Assembly: GCF_036677875.1 (NCBI RefSeq)
Contig: NZ_JAVBVP010000030.1
Direction: 5' to 3' (one strand)
Length of the DNA: 64,000 bases
Source: Sphaerochaeta sp.
GTDB taxonomy: Bacteria; Spirochaetota; Spirochaetia; Sphaerochaetales; Sphaerochaetaceae
Position numbers and translations under genes: made by a program. The notes under the pieces are model-generated. The model did no database searches and was not told the origin of the DNA. It saw nothing but the letters and a program-made list of their open reading frames with translations. Below, in pieces: positions 17,165 through 27,297 of the stretch (position 1 is its first letter; each line of letters starts with the position of its first letter).

Positions 17165-17851
17165 ATGGAAGACAGCGTAATACGGTTACAGAATGTCAGA
17201 CGCTACTACATCATGGGGGAATTCATGGTGAAGGCTCTTGACGGCATCAGCGTGGATATCAGGCGAGGGGAGTTCACCTCCATCATGGGACCATCCGGAA
17301 GCGGAAAGTCAACCATGATGAACCTCATCGGTTGTTTGGATACGCCGACCAGCGGGCTCATCGATATCGACGGGGAAAATACGGCCGGATTGAATGAAGC
17401 CGAGCTGGCCTATATTCGCAACAGGAAGGTGGGTTTTGTTTTTCAGCAGTTTAATCTGCTGGGAAAACTTTCCGCCCTGGATAATGTGATCACCCCTTTG
17501 TTGTATGCCGGGGTTTCCGTACGGGAACGCAAGCAACAGGCTATGGAAGCCCTCGAACGGGTCGGTCTCGCCGATCGGTTGCATCACCGGCCCAACGAGC
17601 TGTCCGGCGGGCAGAAACAGCGGGTTGCCATCGCCCGTGCATTGGTGAACAATCCAACCATTCTGCTGGCCGATGAACCGACCGGTGCACTGGACAGTAA
17701 AACCGGGAATCAGATCATGGAGTTGTTCGAGGAACTGAACAGTGAGGGGCGTACCGTGGTATTTGTGACGCATGACCGGGAATTGGGAATGCGTTGCCGT
17801 CGCCAAATTCATCTACGTGACGGAAAATTGGAGGAAGGGTATGCTCTTTGA
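17165..17851 (+). CDS. ABC transporter ATP-binding protein (MacB/LolD type)
   Basis: Walker [10 protein letters not shown], signature LSGGQKQR, Walker [12 protein letters not shown]. Confidence 0.9.
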   Translation: MEDSVIRLQNVRRYYIMGEFMVKALDGISVDIRRGEFTSIMGPSGSGKSTMMNLIGCLDTPTSGLIDIDGENTAGLNEAELAYIRNRKVGFVFQQFNLLGKLSALDNVITPLLYAGVSVRERKQQAMEALERVGLADRLHHRPNELSGGQKQRVAIARALVNNPTILLADEPTGALDSKTGNQIMELFEELNSEGRTVVFVTHDRELGMRCRRQIHLRDGKLEEGYAL

Positions 17852-19022
17852 AAATATCAAACTTGCCTTCAATGCAATGCGTGGAAGCAAACTGCGCACC
17901 GTCCTCTCCCTGCTTGGCATCATCATCGGGGTGGCTTCGGTCGTAGCGATCCTGACCATCGGTGCAAGCGCTTCCCAGAGTATTACCGACAGCATCGCCG
18001 TCGGTGGTTTGGACATGATCACCATCTATCCTTCCTACGGTCAACGCAGCACCGGAATCTTTGATGAGGAATTCTCCGATATGCTGATCAGGGACATAGA
18101 CGGACTTGAGATCGTACTGCCTCAGAATAACAGCAACGCCCAGGTACGCAATGGGAAGGAAACCATCAATGCATCGGTTTCAGGCGTGCTTTCTGAATAT
18201 GGTTCGGTTCTGAATCTGGAATTTGCAGAGGGTTCATTCTTCAGCGCCATGGACAATATCAATCGGAGACAGGTCGTCGTCCTCGGTTCTGCCATTGCCG
18301 ATGAGCTGTTCCCTGACGGCCAGGCGGTGGGCCAATATGTCAGCCTGTTCCGTAACCAAGCGAAAAGTTATCTGATCGTCGGGGTGCTTGAGAGCAAGGA
18401 TGCGACCTTCAATCTATCGTACAACAATACCGTTTTCATCCCGTACAATACGTATACCCAGCGATTTGCCCGAGCTACCTCTGTCGGAGCGTATGTGTTG
18501 AAGGTGAAATCGGGGTTCGATACGATCGAGGTATCCGATCGGGTGACCGAGTATCTTGATGGAATCGTAGGAACCGATGGATACAATCTTTTCAGTCCTG
18601 CCAGTTTGGCGGAGATGGCTAATCAGATTACGGGAACCTTCAGTGCGTTTTTGGCAGCCATCGCCGCGATCAGTCTTCTGGTGGGTGGCATCGGCATCAT
18701 GAACATCATGTTGGTGTCCGTAGCCGAGCGTACCAAGGAGATCGGCATCCGCAAGGCTCTTGGGGCGAGCCCAAATGTCATACGCGGCCAATTCATCTGT
18801 GAAGCGTTGACGCTTACCATCATCGGAGGCTTGCTCGGCATCACTGTAGGGGCGTTGCTCAGTTATGCAGTGACCAACCTTATGGATTGGTCGTTGCATT
18901 TATCCTATACGTCAGTCATACTTGCACTGGGCTTTTCGATGTTCGTCGGTGTTTTCTTCGGATGGTATCCTGCGATGAAAGCATCCCGATTGGACCCGAT
19001 CGATGCCCTCAACTACGAATAA
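17841..19022 (+). CDS. ABC transporter permease (MacB/FtsX type)
   Basis: ATG 17841 overlaps the ATPase stop by 11 nt. TM1, a large periplasmic domain, then a C-terminal FtsX 3-TM bundle ([14 protein letters not shown]). Confidence 0.9.
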   Translation: MLFENIKLAFNAMRGSKLRTVLSLLGIIIGVASVVAILTIGASASQSITDSIAVGGLDMITIYPSYGQRSTGIFDEEFSDMLIRDIDGLEIVLPQNNSNAQVRNGKETINASVSGVLSEYGSVLNLEFAEGSFFSAMDNINRRQVVVLGSAIADELFPDGQAVGQYVSLFRNQAKSYLIVGVLESKDATFNLSYNNTVFIPYNTYTQRFARATSVGAYVLKVKSGFDTIEVSDRVTEYLDGIVGTDGYNLFSPASLAEMANQITGTFSAFLAAIAAISLLVGGIGIMNIMLVSVAERTKEIGIRKALGASPNVIRGQFICEALTLTIIGGLLGITVGALLSYAVTNLMDWSLHLSYTSVILALGFSMFVGVFFGWYPAMKASRLDPIDALNYE

Positions 19023-19040
19023 GAGCTCGGGGGAGATAGG

Positions 19041-20366
19041 GTGAACGCAAAGAGAACGCGATGGATGATCGGCGATGCAAAGGAGCCGTTCATCGTCATC
19101 ACCTCACTGTCTTTCGCATTCCTGGTGCTCATTGCCTTGGTCGTGTTTCTGACGACCGCAATATTGGAGCGTGAGGAACTGCGGATGCAAAGTGAGGCGG
19201 AGCGAGCCTTCAACTCGGTATTTCTTGCCTTGCAGGACAGTACCTCCAAAGCGTTGAAGACCATGCAGGATGAGCATATCTCAGGTATCGGAGTCTACAG
19301 TTCCATGGGCAGAAAGGTTCTGAGTCTGGGCAATGTCCCCATGACCCTCCCGTTGGACCGGGTTTCCTCCATACAATCCTTGGCTAAGGACGGCAGCAAC
19401 ACAGGGACCGCCACCTACAATCCGGAAACCGGCATGATCGAATACATCCGCTACAGTCGGTTGACCATCCTGTTGGATACCGGCGAACTGACGCTCAGCG
19501 AAAGCGGTTTGCTTCCTACTCCCATCGATTTCCCCGATGTACTGTATCTGCACTTCGACGGACAGAACTATCACCATCGGATTGTAGTGATCATGGTAAT
19601 CGGGTTCATCTCGACATTGACCTTGATCGGACTGTTTTTGTTGGTGCTGAGTATTTACCGCAACAATCGCCGATACCGGGAGACCCTTGCCAAGCAGGAA
19701 AGCTTGGTGAATCTTGGGCAGGCTGCCAGGACGCTTACTCATGAGATCAAGAACCCGCTCAGCGCAATTACCATCCAATTGGCCTTGCTGAAGAAAACGC
19801 TGCCCAAGGATCATGTACATGACCTGCTTTTGATGGAACAGGAGGTCCAACGGCTTACCCAGCTGACCAACAAGGTCAGTGATTTTCTGCGTAACCCCTT
19901 GGGAACACCGGTAACCGTCGATTTGACGGAGCTTTTTTCCTCATTGATCAAATGCTTTGATCGGCCGATACGATTCAGCAGTGACCGGAAGGAACAGATT
20001 GAGATCGATGGGGATCGTGCGCGATCGGTTTTTGAGAATCTCCTCAAGAACGCCGTGGAAAGCAAAAGTGATGGGGACCCGGAGGTCGAAGTGCGTATTA
20101 CCAGCGACAAACGCGGGTTCGTTCACGTCTATGTCATGGATCGTGGGGATGGCATTCCCCAAGGGGATGTGAAGAAAATCTTTGATCCATTCTTTACGAC
20201 CAAAATACACGGATCAGGCATCGGCCTGTCCATTTCACAGCAATTTGTCAAAGCCCGGGGTGGAAATATCCGTCTGTATGCACGGGAAGGAGGCGGTACC
20301 GTGGCGGAGGTGACCTTGCCGCGTTCCATCCATGCTCCCCGTTTGCTGCAAGAGGAAACAAAATGA
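19041..20366 (+). CDS. Sensor histidine kinase (two TM segments, ~150-aa periplasmic domain)
   Basis: H-box THEIKNPLSAI, and N/G boxes (ENLLKNAVES, DRGDGIP, GSGIGLS). GTG start at 19041, with an alternative ATG at 19065. Confidence 0.85.
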   Translation: MNAKRTRWMIGDAKEPFIVITSLSFAFLVLIALVVFLTTAILEREELRMQSEAERAFNSVFLALQDSTSKALKTMQDEHISGIGVYSSMGRKVLSLGNVPMTLPLDRVSSIQSLAKDGSNTGTATYNPETGMIEYIRYSRLTILLDTGELTLSESGLLPTPIDFPDVLYLHFDGQNYHHRIVVIMVIGFISTLTLIGLFLLVLSIYRNNRRYRETLAKQESLVNLGQAARTLTHEIKNPLSAITIQLALLKKTLPKDHVHDLLLMEQEVQRLTQLTNKVSDFLRNPLGTPVTVDLTELFSSLIKCFDRPIRFSSDRKEQIEIDGDRARSVFENLLKNAVESKSDGDPEVEVRITSDKRGFVHVYVMDRGDGIPQGDVKKIFDPFFTTKIHGSGIGLSISQQFVKARGGNIRLYAREGGGTVAEVTLPRSIHAPRLLQEETK

Positions 20367-21718
20367 AAATTTTACTGGTGGATGATGAACCGAATATCCG
20401 CGATCTGATGCAGCGGTATCTCAGCTTGGACGGCATTGAGAGCGATAGTGCCGAGAATGGGCTTTCCGCCCAGCGGATGCTCCGCGAACAAGCCTATGAT
20501 GCCTGTCTGGTTGACTTGAAGATGCCGGGTATGGACGGGCTCTCCTTGATCAGTTGGATTCGATCAGAGGGGTTCAGAATGCCGATCATCATGATCAGCG
20601 CCCACGGGGAAATCAGCGATGCTGTGTCGGCTTTGAAGGAAGGGGCACAGGATTACATCGTCAAGCCCTTCGACCCGGAGGAACTGACCATCCGCTTGAA
20701 AAAGCTTGTCGATGCCCAGAATCTTCGCAATCTGGTGGAAAGCGAGACCCGCAGTAAAACCGAGGATGACAAACAGATTTTCGTCGGGGAGAGTACCTCG
20801 ATCAAGCGGATCAAGGATGTCATCACCAAAATTTCCGATACCAATTCAACGGTGCTCGTCACCGGGGAAAGCGGAACCGGTAAGGAAGTGGTTGCCCGCG
20901 AGATCCATGCATCCAGTCCGGTCAAAGATGGTCCGTTCGTGGCTATCAACATCGGTGGTGTACCGGAGAATCTTTTGGAAAGCGAGCTGTTCGGCTATGA
21001 AAAAGGCGCATTTACCGGGGCGGTCAGCCGCAAGACCGGCATGTTCGAACTCGCCAGCGGGGGGACGCTCTTTCTTGATGAGATCGGGGATATGCCGCTT
21101 TCCCTGCAGGTGAAAATCCTTCGGGTGCTCCAGGACCGCAGAATAACCCGGTTGGGCGGTACCACCGCCATGCCGATCAATGCCCGGATCATCGCGGCTA
21201 CCAACAAGGATCTTGAACAACAGGTTCGTGACGGGAACTTCCGCGAGGACTTGTTTTACCGGCTGAACGTCGTACGCATCTCGATTCCTCCGCTTCGGGA
21301 ACGAAGGGAGGACATCCCGTTGTTGGCTGCAGGAATCCTCAGACGGTTGAACCGGCAGATGGGCCATAAGGTCAGCGGATTCTCCGCAGATGCATTGGAA
21401 CTTCTCTGTAATCACGATTTCTACGGAAATGTCCGGGAGCTTGAAAATATTTTGGAACGGGCGGTCATCTTTACCAACGGCGAGGAAATCCAAAGTGATG
21501 ATCTGGATCTCAGAGGTTCGGTTTCCATGCGTACCCAAACCAAGGAGGAGCCCAAACTTACTGCATCCGAGGCAAAAAGTCTGAAGGATGTGGAAATTGA
21601 TGCAATCATCCGAGCTCTGCATCGTTGGGAAGGCAATCGAACCCGGGCAGCCGAGGAATTGGGTATCAGCCGCCGGACGCTCATCAACAAGATTGCCGAG
21701 TATGATCTGAACCTTTAG
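20363..21718 (+). CDS. Sigma-54-dependent response regulator (NtrC/AtoC family)
   Basis: Receiver domain (LVDLKMPGMDG), AAA+ domain with GESGTGKE and the GAFTGA loop, and a C-terminal Fis-type HTH. Start overlaps the kinase stop (ATGA). Confidence 0.9.
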   Translation: MKILLVDDEPNIRDLMQRYLSLDGIESDSAENGLSAQRMLREQAYDACLVDLKMPGMDGLSLISWIRSEGFRMPIIMISAHGEISDAVSALKEGAQDYIVKPFDPEELTIRLKKLVDAQNLRNLVESETRSKTEDDKQIFVGESTSIKRIKDVITKISDTNSTVLVTGESGTGKEVVAREIHASSPVKDGPFVAINIGGVPENLLESELFGYEKGAFTGAVSRKTGMFELASGGTLFLDEIGDMPLSLQVKILRVLQDRRITRLGGTTAMPINARIIAATNKDLEQQVRDGNFREDLFYRLNVVRISIPPLRERREDIPLLAAGILRRLNRQMGHKVSGFSADALELLCNHDFYGNVRELENILERAVIFTNGEEIQSDDLDLRGSVSMRTQTKEEPKLTASEAKSLKDVEIDAIIRALHRWEGNRTRAAEELGISRRTLINKIAEYDLNL

Positions 21719-21728
21719 GAGAAGCAGT

Positions 21729-23474
21729 ATGAGTTTGTTGCCTACGTGGGACCTCAATCCCATCTATCCTGGCTGTGAAAGCGAGGAATTCCTTTCCGAT
21801 TTGAAACACATGACAGAGGATGCGGTCGCATTGGAAACCCATCTTGGGGATGAGCGGTGTGATGTTGGTGAATGCATTTCCCGCTACGAACGGATTTTGG
21901 ATTATTATGAAAATCTCCAGGCTTACAGTTCAGCCTGTCTGACCACCGACACCGGCAATTCCGTATTTCTGAAGGCAGTGGGACAGGTTGAACAAGCCTC
22001 CCTTACCATCCAACATCTGGAGGTTGCCTTCCTGAATTTTCTTGCCTCACGAAAAGACGAGGTATTGCGGCTGACCCAAGATGGACAGGCTCTGCGTTCC
22101 TATCGGTTCGTGTTGACCGAACTTTTGGAGGAACAGAGCCATTTGCTGGATCCTGATTTGGAAGCTTTGGCCAGCGATCTTGCTCGATCGGGTTGCGATG
22201 CCTTTTCCCGGTTGCAGGAAGCAATGGGGTCGAGCATCGGCAGCGTCTGGGACGAGCAGACGACCAAAACCGTTGTACAGTTGCGCAACGAGGCCACCAA
22301 TGCCGACCGGGCTATCCGAAAAAAAGCCTTTGCGCAGGAAATCGCGCTCTTCAGGCAGTATGAAATCCCGTTTGCCGCAGCATTGAATGGCGTAAAGGGT
22401 ACCACCCTCACCTTGGACAAAAAGCGCGGCTATGCTTCGCCCTTGGAGCGATCCCTGAGCCAATCGCGGATCGACCGACCGGTTCTGGATGCACTGATCT
22501 TTACATTGGAGGCCAATCTTGGTCTCTTCAGACGGTATCTGAAGGCGAAAGCCACCCTTCTGGGACTTCCCGGTTGTGCCTTCTTCGATCTGTTCGCACC
22601 GCTAGAGGCAACCCAAAGCTCATTCAGCTATGCTGAGGCCCAAACGTTCATCATCGAGCAATTCACCCGTTTCTCACCGGATATGGGGGCATTCGCTTCC
22701 CAGGCTTTTGCCAATCGTTGGATTGATCCGGAAAGCAGGAAGGGCAAAGTCGGTGGAGCCTACGATACGGCATTTCCGATCGCCAAGCAGAGCAGGATTC
22801 TTTCCAATTTCGATGATACCTTCAATGGAGTTTCCACCCTTGCCCACGAGCTCGGCCATGCGTGGCATGACCACATTGTCATGGATAAGAGCCATCTGAT
22901 GCGGACTTATCCCATGACGCTGGCTGAGACAGCCTCGATTTTCAGCGAATTTCTGGTATTCCAGGGTGCATTACAGCAAAGCGATGTGAAACAGCGGCTG
23001 GGTTTGGTGGAACATTTCCTGCAGGATGCCTGTCAGGTGTGTGTGGATATTCTCAGCAGATTCTATTTTGAGTCGGCGGTATTTGAACAACGGGCGGAGG
23101 GCGAGTTGACGGCGGCCCAATTCTGCACCTTGATGGAGGATGCCCAGAAACGTACGTATGGAGACGGTCTGGTCGAATACCATCCCTACATGTGGGCGGC
23201 CAAAGGCCATTACTATTCACAGGGATTCTCCTTCTACAATTATCCCTATGCGTTCGGTCAGTTGTTCGCACTCGGTTTGTATGAGAAGAGTACGGAAGTG
23301 GGGCCCGGATTCGACAAGCAGTATGAGGCGTTGCTCGGTGCGGCAGGAAGTTTGCCGGCCAGAGAGGTTGCCTTGCAGGCCGGGATCGACTTGGCCGATC
23401 CCGCATTCTGGCAGCATGCGATGTCCATCATTGAGACGTATGTCAAGGAACTGGAAGATGCTTTGTCGCATTGA
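21729..23474 (+). CDS. pepF: M3-family oligoendopeptidase (PepF type)
   Basis: HELGHAWHD zinc motif and a length of 581 aa typical of PepF. Confidence 0.9.
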   Translation: MSLLPTWDLNPIYPGCESEEFLSDLKHMTEDAVALETHLGDERCDVGECISRYERILDYYENLQAYSSACLTTDTGNSVFLKAVGQVEQASLTIQHLEVAFLNFLASRKDEVLRLTQDGQALRSYRFVLTELLEEQSHLLDPDLEALASDLARSGCDAFSRLQEAMGSSIGSVWDEQTTKTVVQLRNEATNADRAIRKKAFAQEIALFRQYEIPFAAALNGVKGTTLTLDKKRGYASPLERSLSQSRIDRPVLDALIFTLEANLGLFRRYLKAKATLLGLPGCAFFDLFAPLEATQSSFSYAEAQTFIIEQFTRFSPDMGAFASQAFANRWIDPESRKGKVGGAYDTAFPIAKQSRILSNFDDTFNGVSTLAHELGHAWHDHIVMDKSHLMRTYPMTLAETASIFSEFLVFQGALQQSDVKQRLGLVEHFLQDACQVCVDILSRFYFESAVFEQRAEGELTAAQFCTLMEDAQKRTYGDGLVEYHPYMWAAKGHYYSQGFSFYNYPYAFGQLFALGLYEKSTEVGPGFDKQYEALLGAAGSLPAREVALQAGIDLADPAFWQHAMSIIETYVKELEDALSH

Positions 23475-24615
23475 GAAGTTGGTCCATGGGGGGAACGGCC
23501 TGGCACGTACAGTGGAAGGCAAACGCGTGTTTGTCGAGGATGCCTTGCCGGGGGAATTGGTAAAGGTTTCCCTTTTCGAGGAAAAACAAGGCTGGGCGAC
23601 GGCAACGGTTGATGAACTGATTGAGGCAAATGAGCATCGGCGCCTGCCTGCATGTCCCTATTACGGAGTATGCGGAGGGTGTGACTTCCAGTATGCCGAG
23701 GATGGCTACCAGGCGTTGCTGAATGAGCAGATCGTGCTTGACAACCTGGTGCGTCTGGGAGGTGTCGATCTGCAATCCTGCACGGTTGAACCGGTGGTGA
23801 CCGGCCAGGCCTGGAACTACCGTAACCGGGTCCGTTTTCATGTGGATCTGTATGCAAAGCAAGTAGGATTTCTTGCAAGAAAGTCCAATACCTTGGTTCC
23901 GATCGACTCGTGTCCCGTTCTGGTGGATGCGTTGCAAGCATTATTGACGGAGCCTGAACCGTTGTTTGCTGCAGCAAGGCGTCTGATGTTTGCCAACAAG
24001 GGAGGGAAGGGGCGGTATATCGAGGTTCCCGTCTTCGCCTCGGATGATGGGCTTTCCGTGTTGGACCAAGAGGTGATGACCACCGTAGGGGGAAAGCGGT
24101 TTTTTCTGTCCAGTGAGGTCTTTTTCCAATCGAATCGGTTTTTGGTCTCCGCTCTTGCCGAATATGTGGCATCCAAGGCACTCGGGTCGGTGGTGATGGA
24201 TCTGTACAGCGGGGTGGGTACCTTCAGCGCCTTTCTTGAGCAGGCAGGACGGAAGGTCATCGCAGTGGAAAAACAGAAACTCTGTCTTTCCTTCGCCAAG
24301 CGGAATGTTCCCTTCTGTTCCTATTATGCCGAAGCGGTGGAAATATGGGCGAAGGGGCGCAAGGAGCAGGTGGATACGGTGGTCGTCGATCCTCCCCGTA
24401 CCGGACTGGATGCGACGGTGCCCTCTCTCATCGCCTCCTGGAAGGTGAAACGAATCATCTATGTGTCCTGTTACAGTGTCACCTTGGCTCGTGACTTGCA
24501 ACGGTTTGCCGCTGAGGGCTACACTGCAACCAGTGTCAGGGTGTTCCACCTGTATCCTCAGACTTTCCACCAAGAGGTGGTGGTCGTCCTCGACCGTATG
24601 GAGAAACAAGCATGA
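23458..24615 (+). CDS. TRAM-domain RNA (uracil-C5)-methyltransferase, RlmD/RumA-like
   Basis: N-terminal TRAM domain (GGNGLARTVEGKRVFVEDALPGE), Fe-S cysteines CPYYGVCGGCDFQY, and a C-terminal SAM-MTase ending DPPRTGL ... VSC. ATG 23458 overlaps the pepF end by 17 nt. Confidence 0.85.
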   Translation: MLCRIEKLVHGGNGLARTVEGKRVFVEDALPGELVKVSLFEEKQGWATATVDELIEANEHRRLPACPYYGVCGGCDFQYAEDGYQALLNEQIVLDNLVRLGGVDLQSCTVEPVVTGQAWNYRNRVRFHVDLYAKQVGFLARKSNTLVPIDSCPVLVDALQALLTEPEPLFAAARRLMFANKGGKGRYIEVPVFASDDGLSVLDQEVMTTVGGKRFFLSSEVFFQSNRFLVSALAEYVASKALGSVVMDLYSGVGTFSAFLEQAGRKVIAVEKQKLCLSFAKRNVPFCSYYAEAVEIWAKGRKEQVDTVVVDPPRTGLDATVPSLIASWKVKRIIYVSCYSVTLARDLQRFAAEGYTATSVRVFHLYPQTFHQEVVVVLDRMEKQA

Positions 24616-26519
24616 ACGACGGATTCATCACCTGTGCAGTAGCATCCCCCTCGGTACGTGTTGCCGATTGCCGTTTCAATACCGAATCAATTTTGCAGCG
24701 CATCAGTGAGGCCGTCGCCCGCCAGGTCAGGCTTCTCGTGCTCCCGGAATTGGTTGTCACTTCCTATAGCTGTGCCGATCTATTTTTCCAAACTTCGCTG
24801 CAGGAAGGGGCATTGGAGGCGTTGCAGGTTATTGTGGAGGAAAGCCGGTCAAATGATTTGTTGTTGGTCCTCGGTTGCCCGTTGGTCGTGCAGTCAAGGC
24901 TGTACAACTGTGCGGTGGTAGTACAGAAGGGACGGATTCTCGGTATTGTTCCCAAGCAGAATCTTCCCAATTACCAAGAATTCTATGAGAAGCGTTGGTT
25001 CGCGGTTCCCGAGGACCGGAATATGATGGTTGATGTGTTGGGCCAGGAGACTTGGTTCGGTACCCGACTTTTATTCACCTGCAGCAATCTTACACAATTC
25101 GTGTTGGCTTGCGAGGTGTGTGAGGACCTCTGGGTGCCACAGGCGCCGAGCGTCGACCATGCCCTTGCCGGAGCGACGGTAATCGTCAACTGCTCGGCCA
25201 GTGACGAACTGGTGGGCAAGGAGGAATACCGCCGGTCCTTGGTTTCGGGCCAAAGTGCACGCCTTGTCGCTGCATACCTGTACAGCGACGCTGGGGAAGG
25301 AGAATCGTCAACCGACTTGGTGTTCTGTCCGCATAACCTCATCTATGAGGACGGTATCCGGCTGGCCGAACAATTCGGGGTGAGCGATACGCTCCTGGTC
25401 ACCGAGATAGATGTCCAGAAATTGGCGTTGGAACGGATGCGCTTGAATAATTTCAAGGTTCCCAAGGCATCCTACCAACAGATTTCGTTCAGCTTGTCCG
25501 AAAAGAGTTGTACATTGACTCGGTATGTGGACAAAGCTCCTTTCGTCCCCCAGGATGAAGAATCACGGGCACTTCGTTGTGAGAAGATCCTTACGCTTCA
25601 GGCGCTTGGTCTGAAAAAACGACTCATGCATACAAAATCCCAACGGGTCGTGGTCGGTTTGTCCGGTGGCTTGGATTCCACCTTGGCGCTTTTGGTGAGT
25701 GTCCGTTCGTTTGATTTGCTCAAATTGGATCGAAGCAACATTCTTGCGGTGACGATGCCCGGGTTCGGGACGACCAAGCGTACCCGGGGCAATGCGACCA
25801 AGCTTGCCAAGGCTTTGGGCGTGGAATTGCAGACCATTTCCATAGCCAAGGCGGTGGCTCAGCATTTCAAGGATATCGATCATGATCCAGAGGTTTTGGA
25901 TGTCACCTATGAGAACAGCCAGGCGCGCGAACGGACCCAGGTACTGATGGATTTAGCCAACAAGCTCAACGCATTGGTGGTGGGAACCGGGGATTTATCC
26001 GAGTTGGCATTGGGATGGGCTACCTACAACGGGGATCATATGTCCATGTACGGCGTCAATGCTTCGGTTCCGAAGACCTTGGTACGGCATTTGGTCAAAC
26101 ATGTGGCTTCCATCAGTGATGCGGCGACGAGGAAGGTATTGCTCGATATTGTGGCGACGCCGGTCAGCCCCGAGTTGCTGCCTGCCCATGGGGATGGGAC
26201 GATCAGCCAGGTGACCGAGGATCTGGTGGGGCCGTATGAACTGCACGATTTCTTCCTCTATCAGGCGATCAGATGGGGTTTTTCTCCACAGAAAGTCTAT
26301 CGTTTGGCGTTGAAGGCCTTCGAAGGCCAGTATGAACCGGCTTTCATCCTGAAATGGCTCAAGACCTTCTACCGCAGGTTCTTCACCCAGCAGTTCAAGC
26401 GTTCCTGCATGCCTGACGGACCGAAGATCGGTTCTCTCGCCCTGTCTCCACGAGGGGACTGGCGGATGAATAGTGATGCCTCCTACCAACTATGGATGAC
26501 AGAATTGGATCGGCTGTAA
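24612..26519 (+). CDS. nadE: Glutamine-dependent NAD+ synthetase
   Basis: N-terminal CN-hydrolase domain (catalytic ELVVTSY, CEDLW) and a C-terminal NAD synthetase with the SGGLDS PP-loop. Start overlaps the previous stop (ATGA). Confidence 0.9.
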   Translation: MNDGFITCAVASPSVRVADCRFNTESILQRISEAVARQVRLLVLPELVVTSYSCADLFFQTSLQEGALEALQVIVEESRSNDLLLVLGCPLVVQSRLYNCAVVVQKGRILGIVPKQNLPNYQEFYEKRWFAVPEDRNMMVDVLGQETWFGTRLLFTCSNLTQFVLACEVCEDLWVPQAPSVDHALAGATVIVNCSASDELVGKEEYRRSLVSGQSARLVAAYLYSDAGEGESSTDLVFCPHNLIYEDGIRLAEQFGVSDTLLVTEIDVQKLALERMRLNNFKVPKASYQQISFSLSEKSCTLTRYVDKAPFVPQDEESRALRCEKILTLQALGLKKRLMHTKSQRVVVGLSGGLDSTLALLVSVRSFDLLKLDRSNILAVTMPGFGTTKRTRGNATKLAKALGVELQTISIAKAVAQHFKDIDHDPEVLDVTYENSQARERTQVLMDLANKLNALVVGTGDLSELALGWATYNGDHMSMYGVNASVPKTLVRHLVKHVASISDAATRKVLLDIVATPVSPELLPAHGDGTISQVTEDLVGPYELHDFFLYQAIRWGFSPQKVYRLALKAFEGQYEPAFILKWLKTFYRRFFTQQFKRSCMPDGPKIGSLALSPRGDWRMNSDASYQLWMTELDRL

Positions 26520-26623
26520 AACTTATAGCAAAATAGTACTGGAATTCAACAAAATTTTTTATGGATTTCCTGTAGTCATCGACTCTTTGCAACTGTTATA
26601 GAGGTGAGGAGTCGACATCGTAC

Positions 26624-27244
26624 ATGCAAAAGAAGTTCCTGGCCTTGGTGGCCGTCGTCAGTTTGTTGCTTCCTGTCTCCGTTGGAGCGAGAAGCCTTGT
26701 GAATGTAAGCCTTGGATTCGGGGCGGCTTATTCCCCGGCTGAACCGACCGAATTTTCCCTGGGTATCCAGGATCCGGACAATTGGTTGTTCGGCGGTGAG
26801 GTCAGTGCAAGGTTGGCCTTCGTGCAAGCACAGGCGATGGTGTTCCCCATGGTATGTGAGAATGATGGACAGGGAGTGCTGCTCATCGGCATGGGTTCGT
26901 TGAATCTTCCGATTCTGGGTTCTTTGCTTTCACTGGAAATGGGGGCTGGAGCCAGTGTCACCTATATTCCTTCGGAGTCTTCCAATGCTCGCGCATATTA
27001 TCAACTGTCGAATGGGAATACCGTCGACGCCCAGCATAAGTCCTTCGGTGAGGCGATGTTGGACAGCCCGGTGTATCTGCAGGCAGGGTTGGCTTCCGAG
27101 CTTGGCCCGATTGGGATTTCCCTTCGATATCTGATGGAAAGTCAGACAACGTTGGGTGCGGTATTGGAAAACAATGCTTGGTGGAGTGCCTTTGCTGTTG
27201 AAAAGGGTACTCTTTCCCTTGCGTTGGCATTAAAAATGTTCTAG
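26624..27244 (+). CDS. Small putative outer-membrane beta-barrel protein (206 aa)
   Basis: Signal peptide MQKKFLALVAVVSLLLPVSVGA, alternating-hydrophobicity strands, and a C-terminal ...LALALKMF. It is a paralog of the next gene. Confidence 0.65.
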   Translation: MQKKFLALVAVVSLLLPVSVGARSLVNVSLGFGAAYSPAEPTEFSLGIQDPDNWLFGGEVSARLAFVQAQAMVFPMVCENDGQGVLLIGMGSLNLPILGSLLSLEMGAGASVTYIPSESSNARAYYQLSNGNTVDAQHKSFGEAMLDSPVYLQAGLASELGPIGISLRYLMESQTTLGAVLENNAWWSAFAVEKGTLSLALALKMF

Positions 27245-27297
27245 ATTTAGAACACAAATGAATCTTTGACAGGTAAACTGGAAAAAAGGGGTTTTCA

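Noticed and set aside
23140-23457. Long N-terminal extensions of listed ORFs that overlap upstream genes (23140, 17772, 49173, 54276-55121, 57526-58779, 11710-13884, 37270)
   Set aside because: In each case an internal ATG or GTG with a Shine-Dalgarno sequence sits right at the end of the upstream gene. Family homology starts there, and the extension is out-of-frame overlap with a solid gene.
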